Shown piece by piece: positions 35,665 to 45,018 of a DNA stretch of 64,000 nt (its first letter is position 1; the number at the start of each line of letters is the position of its first letter). This DNA comes from a virus. Taxonomy: Duplodnaviria; Caudoviricetes. Made by a program: the position numbers and the translations under genes. Below the pieces are notes generated by a model. The model ran no database searches and was not told the origin of the DNA. It saw only the letters and a list, made by a program, of their open reading frames with translations. The stretch spans positions 809 to 64,808 of IMG/VR virus record IMGVR_UViG_3300033066_001910, one strand, 5' to 3'.

Positions 35665-35862
35665 CTACTCCTTACGGTCGGCTGCGGTGGCGTCGAGGGC
35701 GCCCCAGCCGTACGCATGGGCCAAAGCCACTTGACGACATGCGCGCTGGAGGCGATCCAGATATTCAGGCGTATAGACGGCATCGATTTCGGCCCGGGTC
35801 CAGCGTTTGACACCGGTGTAGTCCTCTGGGTGGTAGTCTTCGACTCGGTGCTTATTCGCCAT
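35665..35862 (-). CDS. hypothetical protein (65 aa)
   Basis: GGAG SD; between adaptor and tailspike. Confidence 0.55.
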   Translation of the reverse strand: MANKHRVEDYHPEDYTGVKRWTRAEIDAVYTPEYLDRLQRACRQVALAHAYGWGALDATAADRKE

Positions 35863-36784
35863 CGAGTTGGTGGCTGACACCGTAGTCGGTTGTGCCCAAG
35901 CCGGAGGTGCGTGGCGCTCGGGCGATGGTCCGCGGCAGCGACAGCCGCGTCAGCTCGGTCGGCATCACGTCGGCACCGACCTCGGCCGACTTGCGTTCAT
36001 AGAACAGCTGCAAGGTAGCCCAGGACTGGTCGCCGGTCTTGGCATGTAGCATGCCGCAGCAGTCGGCGGTGACGGCGAACGCCAGATACGGCACGCTGAT
36101 GTCAATGGTGGACAAACTGGCGAGCGTGGGTGCCTTGCGGATGTATTGGCCGCGCAGGAGGCGGGCTGCTGTCGGCACCGGCCACAGTTCGATTTCCTTG
36201 ACGCTCAGGCTGGATTCGCCGGCGTACATCCAGTAGCGCGGGTCGGCGTTCGTCTCATGACGATAGGGATCGCTGTGGTCGAGCGTGTCGCGGCCGCCAT
36301 CCAGCTCGTCAATCTGGAAGCGTCCAGCGAGGCTATAGATGGCGTCGGCGCCGTCGGGTAGCAGGTAGATGGTCTGGAAGATCCGCCAGCTGACGTCGTT
36401 GGCCGTGGCGCCCGTCCAGGTGACGGTATTGCCTTCGCCGTCGCCGAGCGTCAGCTGGCCTGACAGCGGGACGTCGTTGACGAAGTAGTACTGCAGTTCA
36501 CTGCCGAGCTGGATCTGACGGCCGACCATGGCCGCGCTGAAGGGCGTGCCGGACGAGGTGACGGTCGAACTGCCGTTGGTGACGGTGACGGTGTCGGTTG
36601 TGCCGGAGGACACCTGAGCGACCGTCTGGATGACGAAGTCCCGCAGCTTGCGGCTCCACAGAAACGTCTCGTAGATATGCTCGTAGCGCGTCTGGGCCAT
36701 TGATTCGACTTCGGTGCTGGATAGCGATGGATCGCTGCCGAGCAGGCTCTGCACGCGGATGACAACGTCATTCAGGGTGGCCAT
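35852..36784 (-). CDS. head-tail adaptor / tail tubular protein A-like (310 aa)
   Basis: MATLNDVVIRV N-terminus; P..W..ELWPVP..Y pattern. Confidence 0.7.
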   Translation of the reverse strand: MATLNDVVIRVQSLLGSDPSLSSTEVESMAQTRYEHIYETFLWSRKLRDFVIQTVAQVSSGTTDTVTVTNGSSTVTSSGTPFSAAMVGRQIQLGSELQYYFVNDVPLSGQLTLGDGEGNTVTWTGATANDVSWRIFQTIYLLPDGADAIYSLAGRFQIDELDGGRDTLDHSDPYRHETNADPRYWMYAGESSLSVKEIELWPVPTAARLLRGQYIRKAPTLASLSTIDISVPYLAFAVTADCCGMLHAKTGDQSWATLQLFYERKSAEVGADVMPTELTRLSLPRTIARAPRTSGLGTTDYGVSHQLDGE

Positions 36785-37029
36785 TACGGTGTCCTTGCGC
36801 TGCGCAGGTGGACGATTTCGATCGTGTCATCGATGCGGCGAAGATAGCACTCACCGGAGATCAGGATGTCGGCGATGTCGGCACCAGGGGCCCAGGCGCG
36901 GACAAATTCGAGATCCGACGGCCGGACGATCGCCTTTTCGCACTCAGGATCCACGGCGACGTACGTCGTCGAGCAGGCTGTCAAGCTCAGTACGCAACTC
37001 GCGAAGACGAACCACATCGTGCGTGTCAT
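36784..37029 (-). CDS. lipoprotein, o-spanin candidate (81 aa)
   Basis: LSLTA|C lipobox; lies in the lysis gene group. Confidence 0.55.
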   Translation of the reverse strand: MTRTMWFVFASCVLSLTACSTTYVAVDPECEKAIVRPSDLEFVRAWAPGADIADILISGECYLRRIDDTIEIVHLRSARTP

Positions 37030-37156
37030 AGAGGCATGTCCTGATGGCGGCGCGCAAGTCGGCAATGCGGCGATCACGACGCGCGTCGCGGTTAAAGGTG
37101 GCGGTGAGCCAGTCGTACAGGCGATTGAAGGTGCCGAAACCGTCCGTCCAGGGCAT
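36944..37156 (-). CDS. hypothetical protein (70 aa), overlaps the lipoprotein gene
   Basis: AGGT SD; helical; 86-nt overlap in another frame. Confidence 0.5.
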   Translation of the reverse strand: MPWTDGFGTFNRLYDWLTATFNRDARRDRRIADLRAAIRTCLYDTHDVVRLRELRTELDSLLDDVRRRGS

Positions 37157-37162
37157 ATATAC

Positions 37163-37402
37163 CTACGGTTTGATCACTTTCGGTTCAGTGGCGGCCAACG
37201 CTGGCGTGTGGGTGACGTTCGCGTCCTTCGCCGACAGGAGGCCGAAGGCCGTCGCGAGCAGGCACAGGCCATGCAGGGCATAGCGGATACGTTCTGGCAA
37301 AAACGGACTGATTTCGTCCGTCAGGCCTGTCGACCCACAGACAACGAGCACATAGCCAGACAACGTGGTTTTCCATGATGGCCCAAGCAAGCGTTCGATC
37401 AT
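37163..37402 (-). CDS. holin-like protein (79 aa)
   Basis: SWKTT..G and GLL.AKDANVT pattern; two hydrophobic segments. Confidence 0.6.
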   Translation of the reverse strand: MIERLLGPSWKTTLSGYVLVVCGSTGLTDEISPFLPERIRYALHGLCLLATAFGLLSAKDANVTHTPALAATEPKVIKP

Positions 37403-37743
37403 GGGGTGCCTTTCGGGGTGCTGTTGGTAATGGAGGCGGCGCGACTTTCGACGATTTCACGAACGCGGTCTTGGATGTACGGGGGTAGGTCTTTTTTGCG
37501 GTTGTCGGGCAGCATCGTACTCAGGAAGACGTTTTCGTTGGCTCTGGTAAGCTGCCCAAGGTTAAGCATGATCGCATAGTGCTCTTGATGGATCATGAGG
37601 GTCTGCTGGTTGATGGTCCAGACGCCATAGAAAGACGTGCCGACGATCGCGATGGCGAGCAGGACGTTGACGACGGTATGACCGGCGGCGCGAAAGGCAG
37701 CAGATCCAGCGGAGGCTTCAAAACTGTCTGTCGGCTCTGGCAT
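37399..37743 (-). CDS. single-TM protein (holin/i-spanin candidate, 114 aa)
   Basis: GGAG SD; TM segment VVNVLLAIAIVGTSFYGVW followed by a helical region. Confidence 0.55.
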   Translation of the reverse strand: MPEPTDSFEASAGSAAFRAAGHTVVNVLLAIAIVGTSFYGVWTINQQTLMIHQEHYAIMLNLGQLTRANENVFLSTMLPDNRKKDLPPYIQDRVREIVESRAASITNSTPKGTP

Positions 37744-37808
37744 ACGTACGACTCCCTGGGTAGAAATACGACCCTCAGTGTGACAGAAAATGCCTGCGCT
37801 GCCAAGCC

Positions 37809-39071
37809 CTAGCGGGTGACCCAAACCCCCTTGGTCGCCTCCACTTCGGTCCCGTTCAGGAGGACGATGTTAACGCGGATCATGTAGGTGCCGGCGGTCG
37901 GGATGGCCACGGTGGTGCTGGTGGCTGATGTCGTGGCGATGAAGGTCCAGGTCGAGGTACCTTCGATGCGCCGGTAGACTTTGTAGTTCGCGGTGCCGGC
38001 GACGGCGTCCCATTCGATGGAGGCCGTGCTGGAGTCGGCGGCCGTGGCGATGAGGCGAACGGAGGGCGGCGCTGGAGCCCCGCTGCCGCTGTTGACGCTG
38101 AATGTCCGGCTGGAAGCTTCGCTGACCGTGCCGGCGCTATCGACCCAATGGACCCACCAGCTGTAGTTGTGGCCGGCAGTGACGGCGTGCGGACCGCTGG
38201 TCGTACCGGTCAGGTCGTTGAGACAGATCTTTACCCCGGGGCAGAGGACGCTGGTGTTGGCGGTGCCCTCGGTTTCGTCGAGCAGCCGGAAGCGGTAGCT
38301 TGCGGCACCGGCCATGGCTTGCCAGGTGAAGGTAACAGTTGTCGTGGTGCTGTCGAAGACGGCGCTGGCTGACGGTGACAGCAGGACAGGTGGTGACAAT
38401 GGCTGGGTGCCTCCGCCGGGGTTCGACGTGGTGACGGTGACCACGCTGGCGGTGCCGACGCCATTGACCGTGCCGGTCACTGTGCTGACACCGGCAGCCA
38501 AACCTGTGACGGTGACGGTGCAACTACGCGAGCCGGTCAGGACGACGCAATTGCTAGCGCCGATCGTCAGGGCGGCTGGATTGCCGTTCGAGATGGGAAT
38601 GGCGAAGTTCGACGTGGCGGCCGTGTTCAAGGTAAAGACGATGTTGGCCGAGTTGTTGACCAGAATGGTGGTCGCCGAGGGGCTGACCGAGGCGATGCTG
38701 TAGCCGTCCGACGGTGGAGGGGGCGGCGGCGGAGGCGCAGGTGGTGGCGGTGGCGGCGTTGGAGGTGGCGGCGTCGAAATGGTCACCTGGGCACAAGCGC
38801 TCGGCGCGCTGATGTTGTTCGTCGTGTCGAAGGCTCGGAGGCGGTAGGCCGACGTAGGCGACAGCGGGCTGGCGTCGGTCATCGTCGTCGCGGTGACGGT
38901 GCCGATCGTCGACCAACTGGTGCTGTTGCACGAGGCGGCACGTTCGACGCGATAGCCAGCGAGGTCGGCCTCCGTGTTGGCAGTCCACGTCAGGACGACG
39001 GTGTCGGCCGCCCAGGCCGACAGGGCGGTCCAGCACCAAAACACCAGAACGCAGAGTAGGCGCATGCGCAT
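37809..39071 (-). CDS. exported FN3/Ig-repeat protein with signal peptide (420 aa)
   Basis: MRMRLLCVLVFWCWTALSAWA|; LTWTANTEADLAGY; poly-Pro linker; further FN3-like WQAMAGAASY and WDAVAGTANY. Confidence 0.85.
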   Translation of the reverse strand: MRMRLLCVLVFWCWTALSAWAADTVVLTWTANTEADLAGYRVERAASCNSTSWSTIGTVTATTMTDASPLSPTSAYRLRAFDTTNNISAPSACAQVTISTPPPPTPPPPPPAPPPPPPPPSDGYSIASVSPSATTILVNNSANIVFTLNTAATSNFAIPISNGNPAALTIGASNCVVLTGSRSCTVTVTGLAAGVSTVTGTVNGVGTASVVTVTTSNPGGGTQPLSPPVLLSPSASAVFDSTTTTVTFTWQAMAGAASYRFRLLDETEGTANTSVLCPGVKICLNDLTGTTSGPHAVTAGHNYSWWVHWVDSAGTVSEASSRTFSVNSGSGAPAPPSVRLIATAADSSTASIEWDAVAGTANYKVYRRIEGTSTWTFIATTSATSTTVAIPTAGTYMIRVNIVLLNGTEVEATKGVWVTR

Positions 39072-40003
39072 TACTGTGTGACCTTTTGGGCATTCAGACC
39101 GGTCGGTACGGCCGGAGGCCCGGCAGGGCTGTCAGGGTTTGGCGTCGTTCCGCCGGCACCTGCGCTGACATACCAGTCGTCGGTGTCGTAATAGTCGTCG
39201 TATGGACGGCAGTCGTTTGGAGCGGTCGTGGGCCCGACGCTCGGGTTGCGCGTCGCGCACTGCCCGTCCCAGGTGTGATTGGTCTGCACACTGATGAAAT
39301 TGTACGCCGGGAAGTTGACGTTGGTGTAGTTCGTGCGGACGATGCCGTCGACGACGACCCGGATGGTGCCATCGCGTGACGTCTCGGTCGAACTCCGCTT
39401 CATCGTGATCTGAACTTTGTGAATGTCACCTTCGGTGATGCCGGAGCTGTTGACGTTCGGCAGAAAGACGACGCTGCTGCCGCCACAGTCGCCGACGTAG
39501 TTCGACAGATGGCAGTTGTTGACGGCGGTCGCCTGCAAAAAGATGCCTATCTGACGACCGCCGGCGCTCGCCCCGTAGTAGTGGACGCCCCAAAGGGCCC
39601 CACCACCGACTTGGCGATCCGTCATCATAAAGCCGTACTTGTTTGCGCCGTTGTTGTACCCGCCGAAAGGATTGCTCGTCCGAAAGGTAAAGCCCCAAAA
39701 GATATTGCGCTGGGCCGAAAAAAAGCATTCCAGCTGCGTGCCGCCGACGGACGAACCGGCTGGCTTTTGCTCCCGCAGATGCGAAGGCGAGCTGTTCCAG
39801 CTGCCGTTCGCCTCTGAGCGAATGAAGGCGTACAGGCCGGAACTGTCTGGGTAGTAGTCGAAGCAGGCCCCGCCGTTGGTCTTGTCGTTGAAGCGGTGGC
39901 GGAGCAATTGGTTGTAGCCGGTCGGTTCGTCGGCATAATCAGTACTGGCAAGTACGTAGTCAGCAGACAGCAGGCTGGCAAGCAGGAGAGCGATGTACAG
40001 CAT
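39071..40003 (-). CDS. exported ConA-like / polysaccharide-lyase-like beta-sandwich protein (310 aa)
   Basis: Signal peptide MLYIALLLASLLSADYVLA|; GANK, HKVQI.MK, DGTIRVVVDG, TWDG, YYDTDD pattern. Confidence 0.65.
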   Translation of the reverse strand: MLYIALLLASLLSADYVLASTDYADEPTGYNQLLRHRFNDKTNGGACFDYYPDSSGLYAFIRSEANGSWNSSPSHLREQKPAGSSVGGTQLECFFSAQRNIFWGFTFRTSNPFGGYNNGANKYGFMMTDRQVGGGALWGVHYYGASAGGRQIGIFLQATAVNNCHLSNYVGDCGGSSVVFLPNVNSSGITEGDIHKVQITMKRSSTETSRDGTIRVVVDGIVRTNYTNVNFPAYNFISVQTNHTWDGQCATRNPSVGPTTAPNDCRPYDDYYDTDDWYVSAGAGGTTPNPDSPAGPPAVPTGLNAQKVTQ

Positions 40004-40011
40004 GGGACTCC

Positions 40012-40746
40012 TTACTTCAGGCACGTCATGGTGAGCGTGCGGACTTTATTGCCGGTGGTCGACCGGCTGATGCCGCGCGGACAATCGATGGCGTTATAGA
40101 TCATCGTTACGACGTTACCTTGCTCGGTCACGGCAAAGACATCCGGTGTGGGCACAGGCGGGGACGGGAGCAGCTCAGGCTCGACTGGATCGGTCGGACT
40201 GGGCTCCCAGACGACGCTGCTGAAGTTGTTACAGCCTTGTTCAGTCCAAGTGCCGGTGGCCGCGTCTTCAACCTGGTAGCACACCCATGTTTGCGTGCGG
40301 TTCCACGGGCGGAGGTGTACGTACAAGCCCTGGACGGGCAGGATGCCGGTGACTTCGGTGTAGCCACGGGTGTCGTCGCTGGCGTAGCGCAAGCGGGTGG
40401 CCGTGCCGGTCCAACGCACGGTGGCCCCAGCGGCTGATGGCGTGACGGTGGTCACGACGGCCTGCGGAAAGCTGACCTGCTGACACGACGTGAAGGCGCT
40501 TTTGTGGCCGGTTGTGTCGAAGGCAGCAACTCGGTAGGCTCCATCGTTGTGCTCTAGGTCGGTGAACGTCGACTGCAGGCCGGTTGTGGCTAACTCAGCC
40601 CAAGGGCCGGCACACGTGCTTGCATACTGCACGGCATAGCCATTCAAGTCGGCTTCGGTATTCGCCTGCCAGGTGAGGGTGACGGCTGCCTGGGCGCCCG
40701 CGGCGTACAACAGGCCGGCGAGCGCCCAGATCGGTGGTCGCATCAT
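40012..40746 (-). CDS. exported FN3-like protein (244 aa)
   Basis: Signal peptide ending AGAQA|; VTLTWQANTEADLNGY..YRVAAFD. Confidence 0.8.
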   Translation of the reverse strand: MMRPPIWALAGLLYAAGAQAAVTLTWQANTEADLNGYAVQYASTCAGPWAELATTGLQSTFTDLEHNDGAYRVAAFDTTGHKSAFTSCQQVSFPQAVVTTVTPSAAGATVRWTGTATRLRYASDDTRGYTEVTGILPVQGLYVHLRPWNRTQTWVCYQVEDAATGTWTEQGCNNFSSVVWEPSPTDPVEPELLPSPPVPTPDVFAVTEQGNVVTMIYNAIDCPRGISRSTTGNKVRTLTMTCLK

Positions 40747-40756
40747 GCTCCTTTGC

Positions 40757-41149
40757 TTACTTCCCGATGTATTTCGTGGAGAAGGTTTCGTTGATCGTCA
40801 GGCCGCCGACCGATTGCGTCATGCGTGAACCGGAGTGCGCCAAGCCAAGCCCGAGGCCCAACGCCATCGGCATGCTGCCGACTGCCGACTTCGCCGCCGC
40901 CTGCCCAGAGGCCTCCTGCGCGGTCACGGTAATGGTCTCCACGCGGGTGTCCTCTTTGGGACAAAACCCATTCGCATCCAACTTCCAACAGAATACCGCC
41001 CGGTCATAATTCGGCCACCAGAAATTGCGTGAGTAGCTGTGCTGGGCGTACTCGTTCCCGATCTTATTCACATCGGTCATCGGAGCGCAGCCCGTCATCA
41101 CCACCAGCAGGCACAGACTCAGAAGAGAAATCAGTTGGTTGCCTCGCAT
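40757..41149 (-). CDS. lipoprotein (130 aa)
   Basis: AGGAGG SD; MRGNQLISLLSLCLLVVMTG|C. Confidence 0.7.
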   Translation of the reverse strand: MRGNQLISLLSLCLLVVMTGCAPMTDVNKIGNEYAQHSYSRNFWWPNYDRAVFCWKLDANGFCPKEDTRVETITVTAQEASGQAAAKSAVGSMPMALGLGLGLAHSGSRMTQSVGGLTINETFSTKYIGK

Positions 41150-41234
41150 AGATCCTCCTATTGCGTTCGTCGTTTGTCCGTCAGTCTCGCTTTGATCGTC
41201 ACCCACCAGGGCGCAGCGCTCGCGTCCGCCCATG

Positions 41235-42887
41235 TCATCGTGGTGTCCTTTCGACCGCCGCCCCCGACGAAAACTCATAGAGGCCGCGTGAAGGATGTGA
41301 GGGAGAAAACCGACGCCCGATAAAATCCCGCGCAAACATCACATGCTGGCCTGACCATTTACCGACCGACGACGGCTGCAAACGGAAATTCTGGGTAGCC
41401 GGATCGACAAACAACGGATCAAATCCACCCGCCGCTGCGTTCGCGCTCTGCGTGCTGATCGTCGTGGCGGCAGACGGGGGGTAGTCGCTCGCCGCTGTCG
41501 TGGTCCAGTTCGCGGTCTGCGTGTAGCCCAACGCAGCCCCAGCCGCCCCAAAACGCGGCCACCAAATGTTATGGTCCTCGGTCAGCACCGCCGTAGCCGA
41601 GCCCTTAGAAATGGCCCCGGCTTCGTTGTAGGCAGCAATGCTGTTGCGAATCGTAAGGCTTCCCGCCCCCGTGACTCCGCTTGTAATGAGCGCGAACAGA
41701 TGCGATCCGTAATCCACGGAGTTGTAGATCCGCAACGCCCCGTCTGCATTGAGCGCGGCGTGCCTGTGGCCTGAAAAATAACTCAGGTTTGAGACCGCCT
41801 CGGTCGTCCCCGTATTACTGTGGTCAATGGCGTGCAGTGACTGATAGCGGAAGATGCAGCGCTTGATGTACCAAGTGCTGGCAGAGCGATTAGAGATCCC
41901 GACTCCGTAGCTAGTCGAGGACCCGCTATTCCGGTTTCCTAGTTCGAAAATACCGTCCTCAAACGAGTGCCATGCCCATGTGGTCGAGACACCAGCGGGT
42001 ACTTGCCCCACCCGCACCGTATGCACTTCAGGGTTGACAGCGGAGCGCACATACACAGTGGAGTACCCCAGCGAATCGTTGTCTCCCCACCCCATCGGCG
42101 ACACAGCACCAGAAGGCGCCGCGCTCCCCGTCAGTGCCCCAACCGTGCCCATGTCTGGGTCGAGATCCGCAGAATCATTAATAAAGATCCCTGCGATCAC
42201 CCCACAAAACGGCTGTACCAAAGATGGGTTGCTGCCATCACTGCGCCGTACGTACCACTCGGCAGGGTTGGCCGCAGATTGCGTCCAGGTGTACCCGTTG
42301 GCTGCCGTCAAGGTGAGTCCGCTATCAATCGTCGAGCCATTGAGTTGCCAGCGCCGATAGCGCGTGGCACCCGCACTCCCGCCAGGATCAAGGGCCGCTA
42401 GGTTTGCGCCACGGTTGACCGCCGTGATATTGATACTCTCCCCTGCACTCTCGTCAGCCATGGTGTTGGTTGAGGCCACGGTCATAGTCGTCGTTCCAAC
42501 CGTGCCCACGGTGAATTGTCGATCATTGCTGGCCGACCCCAAGACGCGGATGATGTCGCCGGTCTGGAACCCAAGTGAGGTAAAGTTGGACGAGGCGGAC
42601 GTGATCGTCCGTGTTGAGGCCGTGAATGAGATGTCGGTCTTAATGCGAGTCGTCACGGTCGAGAACATCTCTCGATAGGTGCCGGCGCCCTCGAAAATCA
42701 CGCGATCAATCGTGCTCCCTCCTGAGCCAGCTCTGAACCGCTCCAGCGCGTTGACGCCACGATAGGCGTTCGCAGAACTGGTGCCGTCATTGCTGCCGGT
42801 GGTTAAGTCCTTGTTGATGTAGCGGACCGCTTCAGCCTGCGCCGAGACTGGAGCGACCAGGAGACATGCGAGTAGCAACCATCTCAT
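41235..42887 (-). CDS. exported parallel beta-helix protein (550 aa)
   Basis: Signal peptide MRWLLLACLLVAPVSAQA|; SNDGTS..NAY; C-terminal DPLFVDP..FRLQPSS..GLYEF (choice-of-anchor-Q-like). Confidence 0.8.
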   Translation of the reverse strand: MRWLLLACLLVAPVSAQAEAVRYINKDLTTGSNDGTSSANAYRGVNALERFRAGSGGSTIDRVIFEGAGTYREMFSTVTTRIKTDISFTASTRTITSASSNFTSLGFQTGDIIRVLGSASNDRQFTVGTVGTTTMTVASTNTMADESAGESINITAVNRGANLAALDPGGSAGATRYRRWQLNGSTIDSGLTLTAANGYTWTQSAANPAEWYVRRSDGSNPSLVQPFCGVIAGIFINDSADLDPDMGTVGALTGSAAPSGAVSPMGWGDNDSLGYSTVYVRSAVNPEVHTVRVGQVPAGVSTTWAWHSFEDGIFELGNRNSGSSTSYGVGISNRSASTWYIKRCIFRYQSLHAIDHSNTGTTEAVSNLSYFSGHRHAALNADGALRIYNSVDYGSHLFALITSGVTGAGSLTIRNSIAAYNEAGAISKGSATAVLTEDHNIWWPRFGAAGAALGYTQTANWTTTAASDYPPSAATTISTQSANAAAGGFDPLFVDPATQNFRLQPSSVGKWSGQHVMFARDFIGRRFSPSHPSRGLYEFSSGAAVERTPR

Positions 42888-44548
42888 TGCGCGCTCCCTT
42901 CCTCGATATTCCCGCCGCACCGGTCCCCGCTGCAGGCCGCATCGAACGCGGCAACGGGTAATTTCCCCGCAGCGCGATACTGCACCCAGGAGGGGCGGGC
43001 GTGGTGGTAGATCACGTTATTCACAATCGTCTGCGTGCCGACCCCGGCAGGGATGACCAGCGCCACATCTTCACTGCCCGCGATATACGGCCCGCCGCAA
43101 TCAAGCAAACGGTTGCCGATCAAGGCGTGCCCCGCAAGCGTGGGTTGTTCCCCGCGTATCGAGAGGCATGGCGCATGGGCGTTGCTGAGGGTGTTGTAGG
43201 CCAGCAGGTTCCCGTAGGAGGTGCCGGTATAGGCCTGCATTTCGACCGACTCAGTGCGGTTGCCGTACACAATATCAGGACGCTGATTGCGGAACACGTT
43301 GCTGATGAGCGTGTTGCCGTTGCCGTTCAATTGCGAGCGTATCCGGAACCCGTCGAAGATGTTCCCGCTGAGCACAATCCCTGTCGCACGGTCAGGCCCG
43401 TTTCCGTCGATCGTAAAACCACGGCAATAGGACACATGCGCAGCGCACGTCAGCACATTGTTGTGCACGGCCACATCACGCACCGCGCCGGTCCCCGACG
43501 TTGCGCGGATGGACAGATTCGCGTGTGGCCAGTCTCGAATAACGTTCGAGAGCAACCGGACCCGTTGCGCGCCGAACGCCACATCAATCCCGTCACCCTG
43601 CCCAGAGTTCCATTCCCAGGCGTAGCCCGCATAGGAGAGAGGCGCATCAGGGGCAATGGTGCAGCGCGTCACCGTCACATCGTCAGACGGCTCGCCGGTC
43701 CCGTTCCCGTTCGTATCCGCGATAAACAGCCCGCGCACGCCATGCCGCCCAATCCGGCATGTCTCAACACTGCTGCCCTCAATCGTGATGTGATCGGCTC
43801 CAAGCGAATACAGTGCGGCGTAGTGCCCGCCCTCTAGGCGTGGGTTCACCACCCGCACCCAATCGGTTTCGTTCGTCGGAATGCGAATCGGCGCGTAATG
43901 GCCCACTTCTCGCGCTGCCAAGGATTCCACGCTGACCGCCCCCACCGCAGGGTTTGAGGCGGACTGCACCGTGAGGCGGTTCGCAGCCTGGTCAAACCAC
44001 CAGGTCGCAACCGGAGCCGTCGGGCTATTGATCCGTGTTCCAACATTCGCGAGGGAGTTGGACATGATCTGTTCAATGCCATTGATCCAGAGCCGACGCG
44101 GAAGCGGGTAGGCATACCCTGAGAGCACGAGACTCCACCGATCCCCGCCGTCGTGCGTCCATGCTTCAGGGGCTAGGGCTTCCGGGTGCGCGGTCACATG
44201 CCGGATCAGCCCACTATCGCCAGGGCAATCAAAATTGAGCGTAATCGGTGAACCGTCACTGCCGGTCGCCCCCGCCACGATGAGACTCTTTCCTGTCGTA
44301 TGCGTCCCGCACACGTACAGCGTATCGCCGTCGTCAATACCCGTGGTCGGTGCCCAACCGATCGACGGGAAATCCACGAACGCCCCAGGCTGCCCGGGGG
44401 AACTGGCGCAGTCATACGCGAGGCCATCACCGCTATGCGGGCATGCGCCAGACGGACGGACGTACCAGGATTCAGGGCCAGACGTGCCAACAGCCGCGTA
44501 GGCCTGCGGCAGATCCAGCCCCAACAAGAGCAACAGTACCAGCCACAT
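42884..44548 (-). CDS. exported parallel beta-helix protein (554 aa)
   Basis: Signal-like MWLVLLLLLGLDLPQAYA|; WYVRPSG..GDG..GDTLYVCG; N-rich beta-helix repeats. Confidence 0.8.
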   Translation of the reverse strand: MWLVLLLLLGLDLPQAYAAVGTSGPESWYVRPSGACPHSGDGLAYDCASSPGQPGAFVDFPSIGWAPTTGIDDGDTLYVCGTHTTGKSLIVAGATGSDGSPITLNFDCPGDSGLIRHVTAHPEALAPEAWTHDGGDRWSLVLSGYAYPLPRRLWINGIEQIMSNSLANVGTRINSPTAPVATWWFDQAANRLTVQSASNPAVGAVSVESLAAREVGHYAPIRIPTNETDWVRVVNPRLEGGHYAALYSLGADHITIEGSSVETCRIGRHGVRGLFIADTNGNGTGEPSDDVTVTRCTIAPDAPLSYAGYAWEWNSGQGDGIDVAFGAQRVRLLSNVIRDWPHANLSIRATSGTGAVRDVAVHNNVLTCAAHVSYCRGFTIDGNGPDRATGIVLSGNIFDGFRIRSQLNGNGNTLISNVFRNQRPDIVYGNRTESVEMQAYTGTSYGNLLAYNTLSNAHAPCLSIRGEQPTLAGHALIGNRLLDCGGPYIAGSEDVALVIPAGVGTQTIVNNVIYHHARPSWVQYRAAGKLPVAAFDAACSGDRCGGNIEEGSAQ

Positions 44549-45018
44549 CAGCTAAACCTCCCGATCCCAATACAGGTCATATTGGTGGATGTGGTTATCT
44601 TCCAGCCTCCGTCTGCGCTCACGAGATCAAGAATTACAGTTTGACTTCCGGCCCCGCCCTTAATTTCGAAAATGTTCATGGCGGACCCGGCGCCATCCTT
44701 AATGGAGGTCGCCGCTGCCGGTGCCGCCGTCCAGACGCAATGCACGGCATGCAATAAATCCCCAGCCGCCCCCGTGGTCCCCATCACCTGATCGGTCTGC
44801 GAGGCTGCGACGGTTTCGTAGTCGAATGTAGACTCCACCCTCAAGACATCGTTGGTGACATCCTCCCCCGCCAAGGTCGTGGCGAGGGTCATGCCAACAT
44901 TACTATTTGCGTCTAGGACGCCGGTCGTCGGGCCGCCGCCAGGTGCCAGCGTGCCGGCGAACGCGAATGGAGCACTGAGTAGGACTGCGAAAGTAAACGC
45001 TAATATACGGAGTTGCAT
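44548..45018 (-). CDS. virion-type beta protein with an N-terminal signal peptide (156 aa)
   Basis: MQLRILAFTFAVLLSAPFAFA|; YETVAASQTDQV.G.TGA.GD..SIKDG..GGWKITT pattern recalled from phage structural proteins. Confidence 0.7.
   Translation of the reverse strand: MQLRILAFTFAVLLSAPFAFAGTLAPGGGPTTGVLDANSNVGMTLATTLAGEDVTNDVLRVESTFDYETVAASQTDQVMGTTGAAGDLLHAVHCVWTAAPAAATSIKDGAGSAMNIFEIKGGAGSQTVILDLVSADGGWKITTSTNMTCIGIGRFS

Noticed and set aside
36944-37156. i-spanin (Rz-like) because it overlaps the lipoprotein gene
   Set aside because: It lacks an N-terminal transmembrane helix.
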